Notes under the pieces: generated by a model
The model's input: the letters and a program-made list of their open reading frames with translations, nothing else
The model's database searches: none
What the model was told of the DNA's origin: nothing
Assembly (NCBI GenBank): GCA_963761335.1
Contig: CAVXGR010000012.1
Coordinates: 384,001 to 448,000, forward strand
Origin: an uncultured delta proteobacterium
Lineage (GTDB): Bacteria; Desulfobacterota; Binatia; HRBIN30; BPIQ01
DNA length: 64,000 bases
Direction of reading: 5' to 3'
Position numbers and translations under genes: made by a program
In this document: positions 27,364-38,710 of the stretch, piece after piece
Layout of the letters: each line of letters opens with the position of its first letter
Position numbering within the stretch: the first letter of the stretch is position 1

Positions 27364-28288
27364 GAGTCAGGGCGTGGATCACGCGCTCCGCCGGGAGACG
27401 GTGGGTACAGAAGCGATCCGGCGGACAGGCGCCGCAGTTTCCACTCGCTTGCAGAACTTCCATCCGCGGCGCGCGCGGCGCCCAGGCGCCCGCCTGCGAG
27501 GCGGGGCCGAACAGCGCCAGACCCGGCGTGCCCACGGCCGCAGCCAGGTGACTGATGCCGGAGTCGTTGCCGAGATAGCACGGGGCTCGGCGCAGCAGCG
27601 CCGCCACTCGCCCGAGGCGCTCCCGCACGACAACCGCGGCGCCGACACTGCCCCCCCGCCCTTCCGCCGGGCCGGCGAGCTCGACAGCGATGCCGCCCGC
27701 GGATTGCCACCACTCGACCACCTCGGCACAGCCGTCCCAGTTCTTGCGAGCGGCGCCGCTGCCGGGATGAATGACCAGAAATCGACGGCCGGCGGCACCG
27801 AGCTGCCCGCCCAGGTGCTCGGCCCAGCGCTCGTCGTCTTCACTCGTCCACACCGCCGCCGGCGCGGGACACACACCGGCACAGCGCGCGTAGTAGTCGG
27901 TAGCGTGCTCGCCCGGAGCCAAGGCGCGAAAGGCATGCGTCTCGACGCGGGACGCGCCGCTCAGACGGCGCAGAGCCGCGGCGAAGCCGGGATCGCCATG
28001 GCCGCTCCACGACAGCACGGCGGTGAACCCCGCCAGCAGTCGGCGCGCCTCTTCGCCATCGCCCGGGGCGAAGAGCTGGGCGACGGCACGTCCGTCGATC
28101 GAATGAGGCTCGAAGTCGCGAGAGTCGATGAGCTCCAGCCATCCCGGCTGCGCCAGCACCGCGACCCGCCCCGCGGCCTCGCGCCTCAGGGCGGCTAGAG
28201 TGGGCAGAAAGCAGAGAAAATCCCCGAGCCCGCCCGGAAATATGACGAGCAGGTTGGGGCGTGGCCCGGCAAATTGACTTGGTATCAT
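27302..28288 (-). CDS. Glycosyltransferase family 9 (heptosyltransferase-like)
   Basis: PGGLGDFL, IHPGSG..KNW, GNDSGISHLAAAVG.P.LALFGP. Start uncertain. Confidence 0.85.
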   Translation of the reverse strand: MIPSQFAGPRPNLLVIFPGGLGDFLCFLPTLAALRREAAGRVAVLAQPGWLELIDSRDFEPHSIDGRAVAQLFAPGDGEEARRLLAGFTAVLSWSGHGDPGFAAALRRLSGASRVETHAFRALAPGEHATDYYARCAGVCPAPAAVWTSEDDERWAEHLGGQLGAAGRRFLVIHPGSGAARKNWDGCAEVVEWWQSAGGIAVELAGPAEGRGGSVGAAVVVRERLGRVAALLRRAPCYLGNDSGISHLAAAVGTPGLALFGPASQAGAWAPRAPRMEVLQASGNCGACPPDRFCTHRLPAERVIHALTLMAGNAGSRSCSVRPAPSRG

Positions 28289-28302
28289 GCCGCCGATATT
28301 GT
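28274..28302 (+). promoter_or_regulatory. Putative sigma70 promoter TTGACT-N17-TATTGT for cysK
   Basis: Near-consensus boxes 26 nt upstream of the cysK ATG. Confidence 0.5.
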
Positions 28303-28328
28303 CCAAGCCACACCAGTAGTCGTCAACC

Positions 28329-29261
28329 ATGCGCGCCCGAGTTGCCGAGAACGCCCTCGACCTGATCGGCAGAACCCCCGCCGTCAAGCTGAACCGCATG
28401 GGCGGAAGCGACTGCGCCGACGTCTGGGGAAAGCTCGAGAGCTTCAATCCGGGCGGCAGCGTCAAGGATCGAATCTGCCTGAGCATGATCGAGGCCGCCG
28501 AGGGCGAGGGGCGGCTGAAGCCTGGCGACACCATCATCGAGCCGACCAGCGGCAACACCGGTATCGGCCTGGCGCTGGTGGCTGCCGTCAAGGGCTACAA
28601 GTTGATCCTGACGATGCCCGACACCATGAGCGAGGAACGCCGCAGCCTGTTGATGGCCTACGGCGCCGAGCTCATTCTCACCCCCGACACCAAGGGCATG
28701 GGAGGAGCGATCCGCAAGGCCGAAGAGCTGCTGGCGGAGAACCCCAACTACTTCATGCCGCAGCAGTTCAACAACCCGGCCAATCCCGATGCCCACCGGC
28801 GGGGGACGGCGATGGAGCTCCTGGAGCAGTTCCCGCGAATCGACGCCTTCGTCGCCGGGGTCGGCACCGGAGGCACGATCACTGGAGTGGGAGAGGTTCT
28901 TCGCCGGCGCATGCCCAACGTCCGCATCGTCGCCGTCGAGCCCGACTCCTCCCCGGTGCTCTCCGGAGGCGAGCCCGGCTTCCACAAGATCCAGGGGATT
29001 GGCGCCGGCTTCGTCCCCGAGATCCTGGACATGGACGTCTGCGACGAGGTGATCACCATCTCCGACGAGGACGCCGCGGAGTACACCCGCCGGCTGGCCC
29101 GCGAGGAGGGCCTACTGCTCGGCATCTCCTCCGGAGCGAACGCCTGCGGCGCCTTGCGGGTGGCCCGCGATCTCGGCCCCGGAAAGACGGTGGTGACCGT
29201 GTTCTGCGATACGGGAGAGCGCTACCTCACCACCGACCTCTTCGAGGGCGAGGGGATCTGA
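28329..29261 (+). CDS. cysK: Cysteine synthase A
   Basis: [14 protein letters not shown] (PLP Lys), [29 protein letters not shown]. Confidence 0.95.
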   Translation: MRARVAENALDLIGRTPAVKLNRMGGSDCADVWGKLESFNPGGSVKDRICLSMIEAAEGEGRLKPGDTIIEPTSGNTGIGLALVAAVKGYKLILTMPDTMSEERRSLLMAYGAELILTPDTKGMGGAIRKAEELLAENPNYFMPQQFNNPANPDAHRRGTAMELLEQFPRIDAFVAGVGTGGTITGVGEVLRRRMPNVRIVAVEPDSSPVLSGGEPGFHKIQGIGAGFVPEILDMDVCDEVITISDEDAAEYTRRLAREEGLLLGISSGANACGALRVARDLGPGKTVVTVFCDTGERYLTTDLFEGEGI

Positions 29262-29262
29262 G

Positions 29263-30108
29263 GTGTCGGACAAGCTCGAGAGTTTGCGCGCCCAGCTGGC
29301 GGATCTCGACCGTGTCCTCATCGCCTACTCGGGAGGAGTCGACTCCTCGTTCCTGCTCCGGGTCGCCTGCGAGCAGCTCCAGGGGCGGGTAACGGCGTTG
29401 ACGGTGCAGAGCCCCACGGCCGCCGAGCGCGAGCTCGCCGACGCCGCCGCCGTCACCGCGGCGCTCGGGGTCGAGCACCTGGTGATTCCCTCCAACGAGC
29501 TGGAGATCCCCGGCTACGCCGAGAACCCCATCGACCGCTGCTTCCTCTGCAAGGGCAATCTCTACGAGATCTGCGGCGCCGCGGCAGAGCAGCGGCAGAT
29601 CGGCGCGATCATGGATGGGGTGAACCTCGACGATCTCGGCGACTACCGTCCGGGCCTGCGCGCCGCCGCGGCGCGGGGCATCCGGCACCCGCTCGCCGAT
29701 GCCCGGATGACCAAGGAAGACATCCGCCGGCACAGCCGCGAGCTCGGCCTGCCGACGTGGGACAAGCCGGCCAGCCCATGCCTCTCGTCGCGCTTTCCCT
29801 ACGGCACGCGCATCACCCTCGAGCGGCTGTCGCAGATCGGCGAGGCCGAACGCCTTCTCCAGCGTCTGGGATTCCGACAGTGCCGGGTGCGCTACCACGA
29901 GCAGGTCGCCCGCATCGAGGTCCCGCCCGCCGAGATGGCACGTCTCCTCGCCGACGACGTCCGCGCCGAGATCACCGCCGTCCTCAAGCGACTCGGCTTC
30001 GCCTACGTCACCCTCGATCTGCAGGGCTTCCGCAGCGGCAGCCTCAACGAGGTTCTGCGCTCCGCCGCACCCACCACTCCGCCCATTCCAGATCCTCCGG
30101 AGTCGTGA
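29263..30108 (+). CDS. larE: LarE-family ATP-dependent sulfur transferase
   Basis: PP-loop AYSGGVDS, DRCFLCK, DDLGDYRPG, PCLSSRFPYG, RVRYH, GFRSGSLN. Confidence 0.9.
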   Translation: MSDKLESLRAQLADLDRVLIAYSGGVDSSFLLRVACEQLQGRVTALTVQSPTAAERELADAAAVTAALGVEHLVIPSNELEIPGYAENPIDRCFLCKGNLYEICGAAAEQRQIGAIMDGVNLDDLGDYRPGLRAAAARGIRHPLADARMTKEDIRRHSRELGLPTWDKPASPCLSSRFPYGTRITLERLSQIGEAERLLQRLGFRQCRVRYHEQVARIEVPPAEMARLLADDVRAEITAVLKRLGFAYVTLDLQGFRSGSLNEVLRSAAPTTPPIPDPPES

Positions 30109-30742
30109 TCTTCACATTGGCGGCCTCTCCTGGAACGACCCAGACGCGGGTCCCATAGCTTTCCAGCAGAGCGGCGTCATCGGTGGCGACGACGCCGTCA
30201 CGCAGAGCCCGAGCGTGGGCCTCGCGGAGCAGATCGGCGCGAAAGGCCTGCGGTGTCTGCACCAGCCAGAGTCGGTGGCGCTCCAGAGTGCGTGCCACGG
30301 CACCGTCCGCGCCGACCTCCTTCACGGTATCGCGAGCCGGGAGGGCGGCGATCACCGCTCCCTTTTCGGCGGCGACCCGCAGGCATTCACCAACCAGAGC
30401 GGCGCTGGCGAAGGGACGTGCCGCGTCGTGTACGAGAATGACGTCGCAGGTCGCCGAGATCGCCTCCAGGCCGGCGCGAACCGAGTCCTGTCGCTCCCGC
30501 CCTCCGACGACGCTCAGACAGCGCCGCTTGGCGCCGCGCACCGCATCGAGGATCCGCTCCGCATGGGCGCTGCGATCGGCCGGCACCACAGCGACGATCT
30601 CGGCGATCTCCGGGTGCGCGGCGAGGGGCACCAGGGCGTGCGCCAGGAGGGAGCGGCCAGCGAGCGCAATGAAGGCTTTCGGCACGCCCGCGGCGAGGCG
30701 CTCGCCGCGGCCAGCAGCGACGACGATCGCGGCCGCATTCAT
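30044..30742 (-). CDS. ispD: 2-C-methyl-D-erythritol 4-phosphate cytidylyltransferase
   Basis: AAGRGER, GGRERQDSV, VHDAARPF, QTPQAF, TDDA, KITTPEDL. Confidence 0.95.
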   Translation of the reverse strand: MNAAAIVVAAGRGERLAAGVPKAFIALAGRSLLAHALVPLAAHPEIAEIVAVVPADRSAHAERILDAVRGAKRRCLSVVGGRERQDSVRAGLEAISATCDVILVHDAARPFASAALVGECLRVAAEKGAVIAALPARDTVKEVGADGAVARTLERHRLWLVQTPQAFRADLLREAHARALRDGVVATDDAALLESYGTRVWVVPGEAANVKITTPEDLEWAEWWVRRSAEPR

Positions 30743-30756
30743 CGCGCCGACCGCCG

Positions 30757-30797
30757 AAAAAGAAGAGGCCGGCTGGGGAGCTCCCCAGCCGGCCTCT
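30757..30797 (-). terminator. Rho-independent terminator after carD
   Basis: 34-bp perfect palindrome at 30764-30797 followed on the minus strand by TCTTTTT. Confidence 0.75.
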
Positions 30798-30829
30798 CGG
30801 AAAAGACACCCTCCGACCGCAAGATCGCG

Positions 30830-31312
30830 TCAGTGAGCGAAGATCTGCTTGAGCTCGTCCATGATCTTCTCTTCCGGATGGGAACGGGCGATGGAGAGCT
30901 CCTTGACGAGCAGGTTGCGAGCCGTGTCGAGCATCTTGCGCTCGCCGAAAGACAGCTCCTTGTCCCCTTTCAGCACAAACAGATCGCGCAGTACCTTGGC
31001 GATCTCCAGCACGGAACCAGTCTTGATCTTCTCCGTGTACTCGCGATAGCGGCGATTCCAGGTCTGCTGGTCGACCTCGACCTTCTTGTCGCGCAGGATC
31101 TTGTAGACTTTGGAGACCATGTCCTTACCGATCACGCGGCGCAGACCGACCTGGGCCACGTTCTCGGTGGGGATCATGATCGTCATGTCGCTGTCGAGAA
31201 TCCGCAGCATGTAGAAGTTCTTCTGCGTCCCGGAAATGACCTTGGTCTGCAGACTCTCGATGACACCTACGCCATGGGCCGGATAGACAACCTTCTCGCC
31301 GACTTTGAACAT
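30830..31312 (-). CDS. carD: CarD/CdnL-family RNA polymerase-binding regulator
   Basis: FKVGEKVVYPAHGVG, TWNRRYR, LSFGERKML. Confidence 0.93.
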   Translation of the reverse strand: MFKVGEKVVYPAHGVGVIESLQTKVISGTQKNFYMLRILDSDMTIMIPTENVAQVGLRRVIGKDMVSKVYKILRDKKVEVDQQTWNRRYREYTEKIKTGSVLEIAKVLRDLFVLKGDKELSFGERKMLDTARNLLVKELSIARSHPEEKIMDELKQIFAH

Positions 31313-31380
31313 GAATGAATGCCCCCTTTTCCCGGAAATATCCAATTATACCGCCGTGGCTGAATTTGCGCAAACCACGT

Positions 31381-31857
31381 TCACCGGGAAGGCTCCCAAA
31401 CCATGATGACGGCATCCTCGCGACGCCCGTAATAATTTCGCCGAACCCCGCACTCGCTGAACCCCATGGCGCGATAAAGACATCGACCTGCGGAGTTATC
31501 GCGCCGCACCTCAAGTAGAACCTTAGAAACGCCCCGCTCCTGCGCCTCATCGATGACGCGCTCGACCAGTGCCCGGCCGAGCCCGATCCGCCGGCGATCC
31601 GGGTGTACGGCGAGGTTGAGGATCTGGATCTCGTCGCCGACGAGCCAGCGGCAGATGTAGCCGATCAGGTGCTCGCCCTCTCCGTCCTGGACCCAGGCTG
31701 CGGTGACCAGGGAGAACGGCACCCGCAGCTCGTGGAGGAACAGCCCCTGACTCCACGGCGAGGAGAAGCAGGCGCGCTCGACCTCCATGACCGCGGCGAT
31801 GTCTTCGGGTCGAACTGCCGCGAAGCGGACCCTGTCCGCAACCGCTGCCTCGCCCAC
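31381..31857 (-). CDS. rimI: Ribosomal protein S18 alanine N-acetyltransferase
   Basis: FSSPWS, ILNLAVHPDRRRIGLG, LEVRRDN, RRNYY...EDAVIM. Confidence 0.88.
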   Translation of the reverse strand: MGEAAVADRVRFAAVRPEDIAAVMEVERACFSSPWSQGLFLHELRVPFSLVTAAWVQDGEGEHLIGYICRWLVGDEIQILNLAVHPDRRRIGLGRALVERVIDEAQERGVSKVLLEVRRDNSAGRCLYRAMGFSECGVRRNYYGRREDAVIMVWEPSR

Positions 31858-31863
31858 GGCAGG

Positions 31864-33267
31864 TCAGCTGGCGCGCAGCAGAACGGCCTCGAGAACCTTG
31901 TTCTCGTAGCGGTGCCGGAAACCGCTCACCGGCCGCGCCAGCTGGATCTTCTTGGTGAAGTCCGGGGGAAAGGCCGGTGAAACAGCCGCCGCCTTGCGCA
32001 GATTCTGGTCGACGACCTTTCCGGAGACCACGAAGAATCCGTTCTGAAGCGACAGGTCCAACTTGTAGTCCGGCATCTCGTCCGGCATGCCGAGCACCAG
32101 CTTCTGCGCCGAGGGTGGAATCCGCCGCGGGAGCTCCATGCGCAGCAGATAGCCGTTCTCGCGCTCCTCGATCGTATAGACCTCGCCGTAGCGACGCTCG
32201 CGCTCGAGCTTGTCCTCGAACTCGCCGCCGTGGAAGCCGTCGACGCCGACGGTACCGCGCTGGTCGTCGGGGGGGCTGCCGAGGAGGCGCAGCAGAGGTG
32301 CCGCGACGATCGCCAGCGGCAACCCGTACCAGCTGCCGCGGTAGACGATCTCGTCCGCCGGACGCGCCTGCATCAGCCCTTCGCGCAGGCGCCAGATGGC
32401 CTCGACGGCCGCCAGGATGACGCCGAGAATGATCAGGCTCCTCAGCTGATTGCTGAACACCGACCTGTCGAGGGCCAGCACCCCGATCACCACCAGAACG
32501 ATCGGGTAGATCAGCATGTTGTGGATCACGTTGAGGCCGGTTGCGCCGGCGGCGGAGAAGAAGCGGCTCTCGCCGACGGCGGCCTCGAGTTTCTTCTTCT
32601 GCGAGAAAGGCAACGCACCGAGCAGCGGCATGCCGAGAGCGACGACCCACTTTCCAAAGCGCGAATGCGAGCGCGGTGGCCCGCCGACCTGCGCCAGGGC
32701 GTCCTCGAATGAACCCTCGACCTCGGCAGCGAACGGCCGCGCCGGGGGCGGCGCGGAGACCAGCTGCAGGGAGGGCCGTGGAGGTGACAGGGGCCGCTCG
32801 ACGCGACCGGGCGCCCGCACCACCGCGGCCGCCGGGGCGGCCGCCGCGACAGCCGGCGCCGCCGCAGCCGCAGCCGCTGGAGCCGGCGCCGCCGCGGCAG
32901 GAGCGACCGCAGCCGCTGGAGCGCCCGCGGCCCCTTCGCCCCGAAAGCGCGAAGGGAATTCGGCGACAAAGGACTCCTCCGGGTGCAGGACGCGCGCCCG
33001 GGCGATGAGGACTTCTTCGCTCTCAGGGATGTCGGGATTGGGGACGCAGCAATCCACCGGGCAAACAGCGGCGCAGGCTTCGTGATCGTAGAAGCCGACG
33101 CATTCGGTGCACTTCTCGGGGACGATGTAGAAGATATCGGTGGAAATGGCGCCGTGCTTCTCGCCGTTCAGCTCCCAGTCCACCCCACCCTGGTATATTG
33201 CCGTGTTGGGGCACTCGGGCTCGCAGGCCCCGCAGTTGATGCATTCCGAGGTGATCATCGTCGCCAT
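31864..33267 (-). CDS. YfhL-type 2[4Fe-4S] ferredoxin fused to an Ala/Pro linker, membrane domain and possible Hsp20-like domain
   Basis: [12 protein letters not shown] and [24 protein letters not shown]-rich linker; about 3 TM segments; beta-rich C-terminus. Confidence 0.8.
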   Translation of the reverse strand: MATMITSECINCGACEPECPNTAIYQGGVDWELNGEKHGAISTDIFYIVPEKCTECVGFYDHEACAAVCPVDCCVPNPDIPESEEVLIARARVLHPEESFVAEFPSRFRGEGAAGAPAAAVAPAAAAPAPAAAAAAAPAVAAAAPAAAVVRAPGRVERPLSPPRPSLQLVSAPPPARPFAAEVEGSFEDALAQVGGPPRSHSRFGKWVVALGMPLLGALPFSQKKKLEAAVGESRFFSAAGATGLNVIHNMLIYPIVLVVIGVLALDRSVFSNQLRSLIILGVILAAVEAIWRLREGLMQARPADEIVYRGSWYGLPLAIVAAPLLRLLGSPPDDQRGTVGVDGFHGGEFEDKLERERRYGEVYTIEERENGYLLRMELPRRIPPSAQKLVLGMPDEMPDYKLDLSLQNGFFVVSGKVVDQNLRKAAAVSPAFPPDFTKKIQLARPVSGFRHRYENKVLEAVLLRAS

Positions 33268-33399
33268 GGCTGATCTCCGAAGCGCAGGTCTTTATCCCAA
33301 TTTGTTTAACGGTTCAGGCGCCAAAGTGTCAACGCGTCCCGGGGACCGCCGTGGCTTCGCGGGGGGAGACGCCACAGGCGGCCCGCCGGGCGACCACCT

Positions 33400-35454
<2,055 letters not shown>

Positions 35455-35668
35455 GCGCCGCTCCCTTTGGGGCTCCGGCCGCCCGCGCTCTGTGCGCCGG
35501 CGGCGAGCCATGAATAAGTCGCTTCCTATTGCAAAAGCGGCCGGGAAACACAATCGCTCTGTCCCGCCGGAGCCACGTGCCGCCACCGCTCAACACACCG
35601 CCGGCTCTTTGCTTGACAGCGGCCGCGGAGCGCCTTCAGGGGCCTCAGCGTTTTCCCCTTTTCAAATG

Positions 35669-35684
35669 TGTGCCACTTGTCACA
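35669..35684. promoter_or_regulatory. CRP/FNR-family-like site TGTGC-N6-TCACA
   Basis: One mismatch to TGTGA-N6-TCACA in the AT-rich divergent region between hppA and the lipoprotein genes. Confidence 0.35.
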
Positions 35685-35785
35685 TCGCCGATTTTATGTC
35701 ATGGAGAAAAGAGAGCTGCCGAAACAAAAGGGCAAGGTGCCCTCGATGAGTTCGGCGTTTGGATCGAAAGGAAGGAGGTGACCTT

Positions 35786-36037
35786 ATGCGGTTGAGGATT
35801 CGGTCGCAGGTCGCGGCGAGTGTGATGGCGCTGCTTTTGGTTGGCGCGGTTTCGGGTTGTGCGACGAAGAAGCCCGAAGACGGAATGGCGGCGCGTATCG
35901 AAGCAGCTTCCAGCAGAGCAGAGGCCGCGGCCAACAAGGCTGAAGCCGCTGCGAGGGCCGCCGCTGACGCTGCACAGAGAGCCGAGGCTGCGGCCAACAA
36001 GGCCGAGGCATTGTTCACCAAGAGCGTCAGGAAGTAG
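35786..36037 (+). CDS. Alanine-zipper (Lpp/OprI-like) lipoprotein 1
   Basis: Strong RBS AGGAGGT; lipobox VSGC; heptad AEAAANK repeats; ends SVRK. Confidence 0.85.
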   Translation: MRLRIRSQVAASVMALLLVGAVSGCATKKPEDGMAARIEAASSRAEAAANKAEAAARAAADAAQRAEAAANKAEALFTKSVRK

Positions 36038-36058
36038 CTGACGAAGAAACCACTGAAC

Positions 36059-36090
36059 AAAAGAGGCGATCCGCCGGGGTCGCCTCTTTT
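36059..36090 (+). terminator. Rho-independent terminator between the two lipoprotein genes
   Basis: AAAAGAGGCGATCC-GCCG-GGGTCGCCTCTTTT. Confidence 0.75.
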
Positions 36091-36124
36091 GCATTGGACG
36101 CCGGCAACTAGCTCGGAGGTAGAC

Positions 36125-36385
36125 ATGCGAACATCGATCCGTACACGCTTTGTCCTCGGGATCACCTGCGCGGCTCTCGCCGCCTCGACATTCGGCTGCG
36201 CGGCGAAGAAGGAGCCTGACTACAGCCAGGCGGCAGCGCGCGTCGAAGCCGCGGCAAACCGCACCGAGGCAGCCGCGAACAAAGCCGAGGCAGCCGCCAA
36301 GGCGGCCGCCGATGCAGCGGCCCGCGCCCAGGCAGCGGCAGCAAAGGCCGAAGCGCGATTCAGCCACTCGATGTACAAGAAGTAG
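36125..36385 (+). CDS. Alanine-zipper (Lpp/OprI-like) lipoprotein 2
   Basis: RBS GGAGGT; lipobox-like TFGC; EAAAN repeats; ends MYKK. Confidence 0.85.
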   Translation: MRTSIRTRFVLGITCAALAASTFGCAAKKEPDYSQAAARVEAAANRTEAAANKAEAAAKAAADAAARAQAAAAKAEARFSHSMYKK

Positions 36386-36400
36386 GCCCGAACACACCCG

Positions 36401-36431
36401 AGCCTGACGGCGCAGCGCGCGCCGTCAGGCT
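36401..36431. terminator. Hairpin between convergent genes
   Basis: AGCCTGACGGCGC-AGCGC-GCGCCGTCAGGCT, 13-bp stem. Confidence 0.5.
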
Positions 36432-37501
36432 CACCCGGGACGATCGGAAGCTGCAGAGACGGTTCCCGCGTCGCGATCCGTCATGGTCACCAGCACTTTC
36501 AGCGCCGACCGGTCGGTCGCGGCGACCTCGTAGGCCTTACCCGCGTCCACCAGTGGAAAGCGGTGGGTGACCAGGTGCGCGGCGCGTACCACCCCGCGGG
36601 CGATCAGATCCAGCGCCAGCCGCGTATCCGGCGGCCCGCACGAGTAGCTCGGCACCAGGCGCAGCTCGCGGAAGTAGTAGTCGAAGGTGTCGAGCGTCAG
36701 GCGCGCCTCGGGAGGCGTGCCCATGAACTGCACCACCGTTCCACCGCGCGCAGCGCAGCCCAGCCCCAGCTCGAGTGCCTCGACGGTCGCGGGTCCGGCG
36801 ATGACAACCTCGGCCCCCGCCCCGCCGGTGGCCGCCCGCACCGCCTCGCGCACGTCGTGCCGCGAGGCGTCGACACCGAGGTCGGCGCCGAGCTCGACGG
36901 CGCGCCGGCAGCGCGCCTCGATCAGATCGGCGCCAATCACCTGCGCGGCGCCGGCGTGTCGCGCCAGCAGTACGTGCAGCTGCCCCATGACACCGAGACC
37001 GATGATCAGCACCGAGGCTCCGCGGACCTCGCCGGCGCGCCGCAGCGACTTGACCACGCACGCCGTGGGCTCGACCAGGGCGGCGTCTTCGTAACCGACC
37101 TCGTCCGGCAGCGGCAGGGTGTCGCCCCGCAAGTTGACCTCGGGCACCAGGAAGTACTCCGCCATCCCCCCGGGCACGATGTGCGACTGCTTCCATGTGG
37201 GACACTGGACGAACTCACCGCGCCGGCAAGCGCCGCACTGAAAGCACGGGGCGTGGTGGTGGACGAAGACGCGCTGCCCAATCGCAAAGCCGCTCACCCC
37301 AGCGCCGAGGTCGACGATCTCTCCCGCCGGCTCGTGCCCGAAGACCAGGGGCGCCTTCTTGCGGATGTACCAGGCGACGACGTCGCCGGAGCACACGCCG
37401 CAGGCACGCGCCCGCACCAGCGCTTGACCGGGCCCGACACGCGGCATCGGCTCCTCCTCGATGCGAACGTCCAGGTAGTCGTAAAGCCGTGCGACCTTCA
37501 T
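36431..37501 (-). CDS. Zinc-dependent medium-chain alcohol dehydrogenase
   Basis: GVCSGD, FGHEPAG, CFQCGAC...C structural zinc site, GLGVMG Rossmann loop. Confidence 0.9.
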   Translation of the reverse strand: MKVARLYDYLDVRIEEEPMPRVGPGQALVRARACGVCSGDVVAWYIRKKAPLVFGHEPAGEIVDLGAGVSGFAIGQRVFVHHHAPCFQCGACRRGEFVQCPTWKQSHIVPGGMAEYFLVPEVNLRGDTLPLPDEVGYEDAALVEPTACVVKSLRRAGEVRGASVLIIGLGVMGQLHVLLARHAGAAQVIGADLIEARCRRAVELGADLGVDASRHDVREAVRAATGGAGAEVVIAGPATVEALELGLGCAARGGTVVQFMGTPPEARLTLDTFDYYFRELRLVPSYSCGPPDTRLALDLIARGVVRAAHLVTHRFPLVDAGKAYEVAATDRSALKVLVTMTDRDAGTVSAASDRPG

Positions 37502-37513
37502 GGCCTCACGCCC

Positions 37514-38587
37514 TCACGGAATCACCGCGTACTTCACCCCTTCGCCCAGATGGTGCCGGTGTAGGGCCTCCCCGAGACTCTCGAGCGGAAACTCACGGGT
37601 GATCAGCGGCCGGCCGTCCACCATACCCGTCTCCAGCATCTCCTTGGCACGGCGCACGGCTCGCGGAGTGAAGTGGAAGGGGCTGACCAGGCGGATCTGG
37701 TCGTAGTGCAGGCGTCCGGTCTCGTAGCTGACCCGGGAGCCCGCCGGGCAACCACCGAAGAGAACGACCCAGCCGCCACGCCGCGCCAGAGAAGGCGCCG
37801 TCGCCCACACGTCGGTCTGACCGGTGCACTCGATGACGATGTCGGCACCGCGACCTTCCGTTGACTCGACCACCGCATCCCGCGCCGCGGCGATGCCGCC
37901 GGCGAGGGCGCTCCGGGCTCCCAGCCCGAGGGCCCTGGCGACGCGCGCTTCGCCGCGGCCGATGACGGCGATGTCGCGCGCCCCCATGGCGCGCAAGGCG
38001 AGCAGGTGCAGCAAGCTGATGGCGCCGGCGCCGATGATGATCACCGAGCTGTCCGGCCGTACCGGCACCATCTCGAGGCCGTGCACCACGCAGGCGAGCG
38101 GCTCGAGCAGGGCGGCCTCGGCGAAGCCGAGCTGCGCGGGCTTGGGGAAGAGGTTGGTGCGCACCACGCGAGCCGGGAGGCGCACGAACTCGCCGAAGCC
38201 GCCGAGGGCGTACTCCTCCATGATCGTCTCGCAGAGGTTCTCGTCTCCATGCCGGCAGTAGTAACACTGCCCGCAGGGACCCGTCGGAACGGCCATCACC
38301 GCATCGCCCGGGCGCACGCCCTTGACGCCGGCGCCGACCTCGGCAACTTCGCCGGCGTACTCATGGCCGAACAGGGTCGGCGTCGGAAACTTCGGATGGC
38401 CGCGCAGGAAGGTCTTGAGATCCGTGCCGCAGGTCAGAGCGGCGCGCACCCGGAGGACGACCTCGCCGGCCGCCGGCCGCGGCCGCTCCACCTCCACTAG
38501 CTCAATCCGACCCGGACTGAGCAGAAGCTGGGCGCGCATCCGTGGACCGGCAGCCACGCCCGAAATCTCGACGCCCGCTGCGCTCAT
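37514..38587 (-). CDS. Zinc-dependent medium-chain alcohol dehydrogenase
   Basis: TCGTDLK, FGHEYAG, CGQCYYC...C, GAGAIS. Alternative start at 38539. Confidence 0.9.
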   Translation of the reverse strand: MSAAGVEISGVAAGPRMRAQLLLSPGRIELVEVERPRPAAGEVVLRVRAALTCGTDLKTFLRGHPKFPTPTLFGHEYAGEVAEVGAGVKGVRPGDAVMAVPTGPCGQCYYCRHGDENLCETIMEEYALGGFGEFVRLPARVVRTNLFPKPAQLGFAEAALLEPLACVVHGLEMVPVRPDSSVIIIGAGAISLLHLLALRAMGARDIAVIGRGEARVARALGLGARSALAGGIAAARDAVVESTEGRGADIVIECTGQTDVWATAPSLARRGGWVVLFGGCPAGSRVSYETGRLHYDQIRLVSPFHFTPRAVRRAKEMLETGMVDGRPLITREFPLESLGEALHRHHLGEGVKYAVIP

Positions 38588-38710
38588 GCGCTAGCCGTAT
38601 ACGCGGCCCCCCAGCGTGTCAAGAAAGCGTCCGTGCACGGCCGCATCGCCCCCCGGCACTGGCTGGAAACGGATCTTCGACGCTGACGCGGCCGCGCAAC
38701 CCGATACCGC

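Noticed and set aside
35700..35785. Possible c-di-GMP riboswitch upstream of the lipoproteins (GAAA and GGGCAA words)
   Set aside because: Stems and the conserved order of the GEMM motif could not be built.
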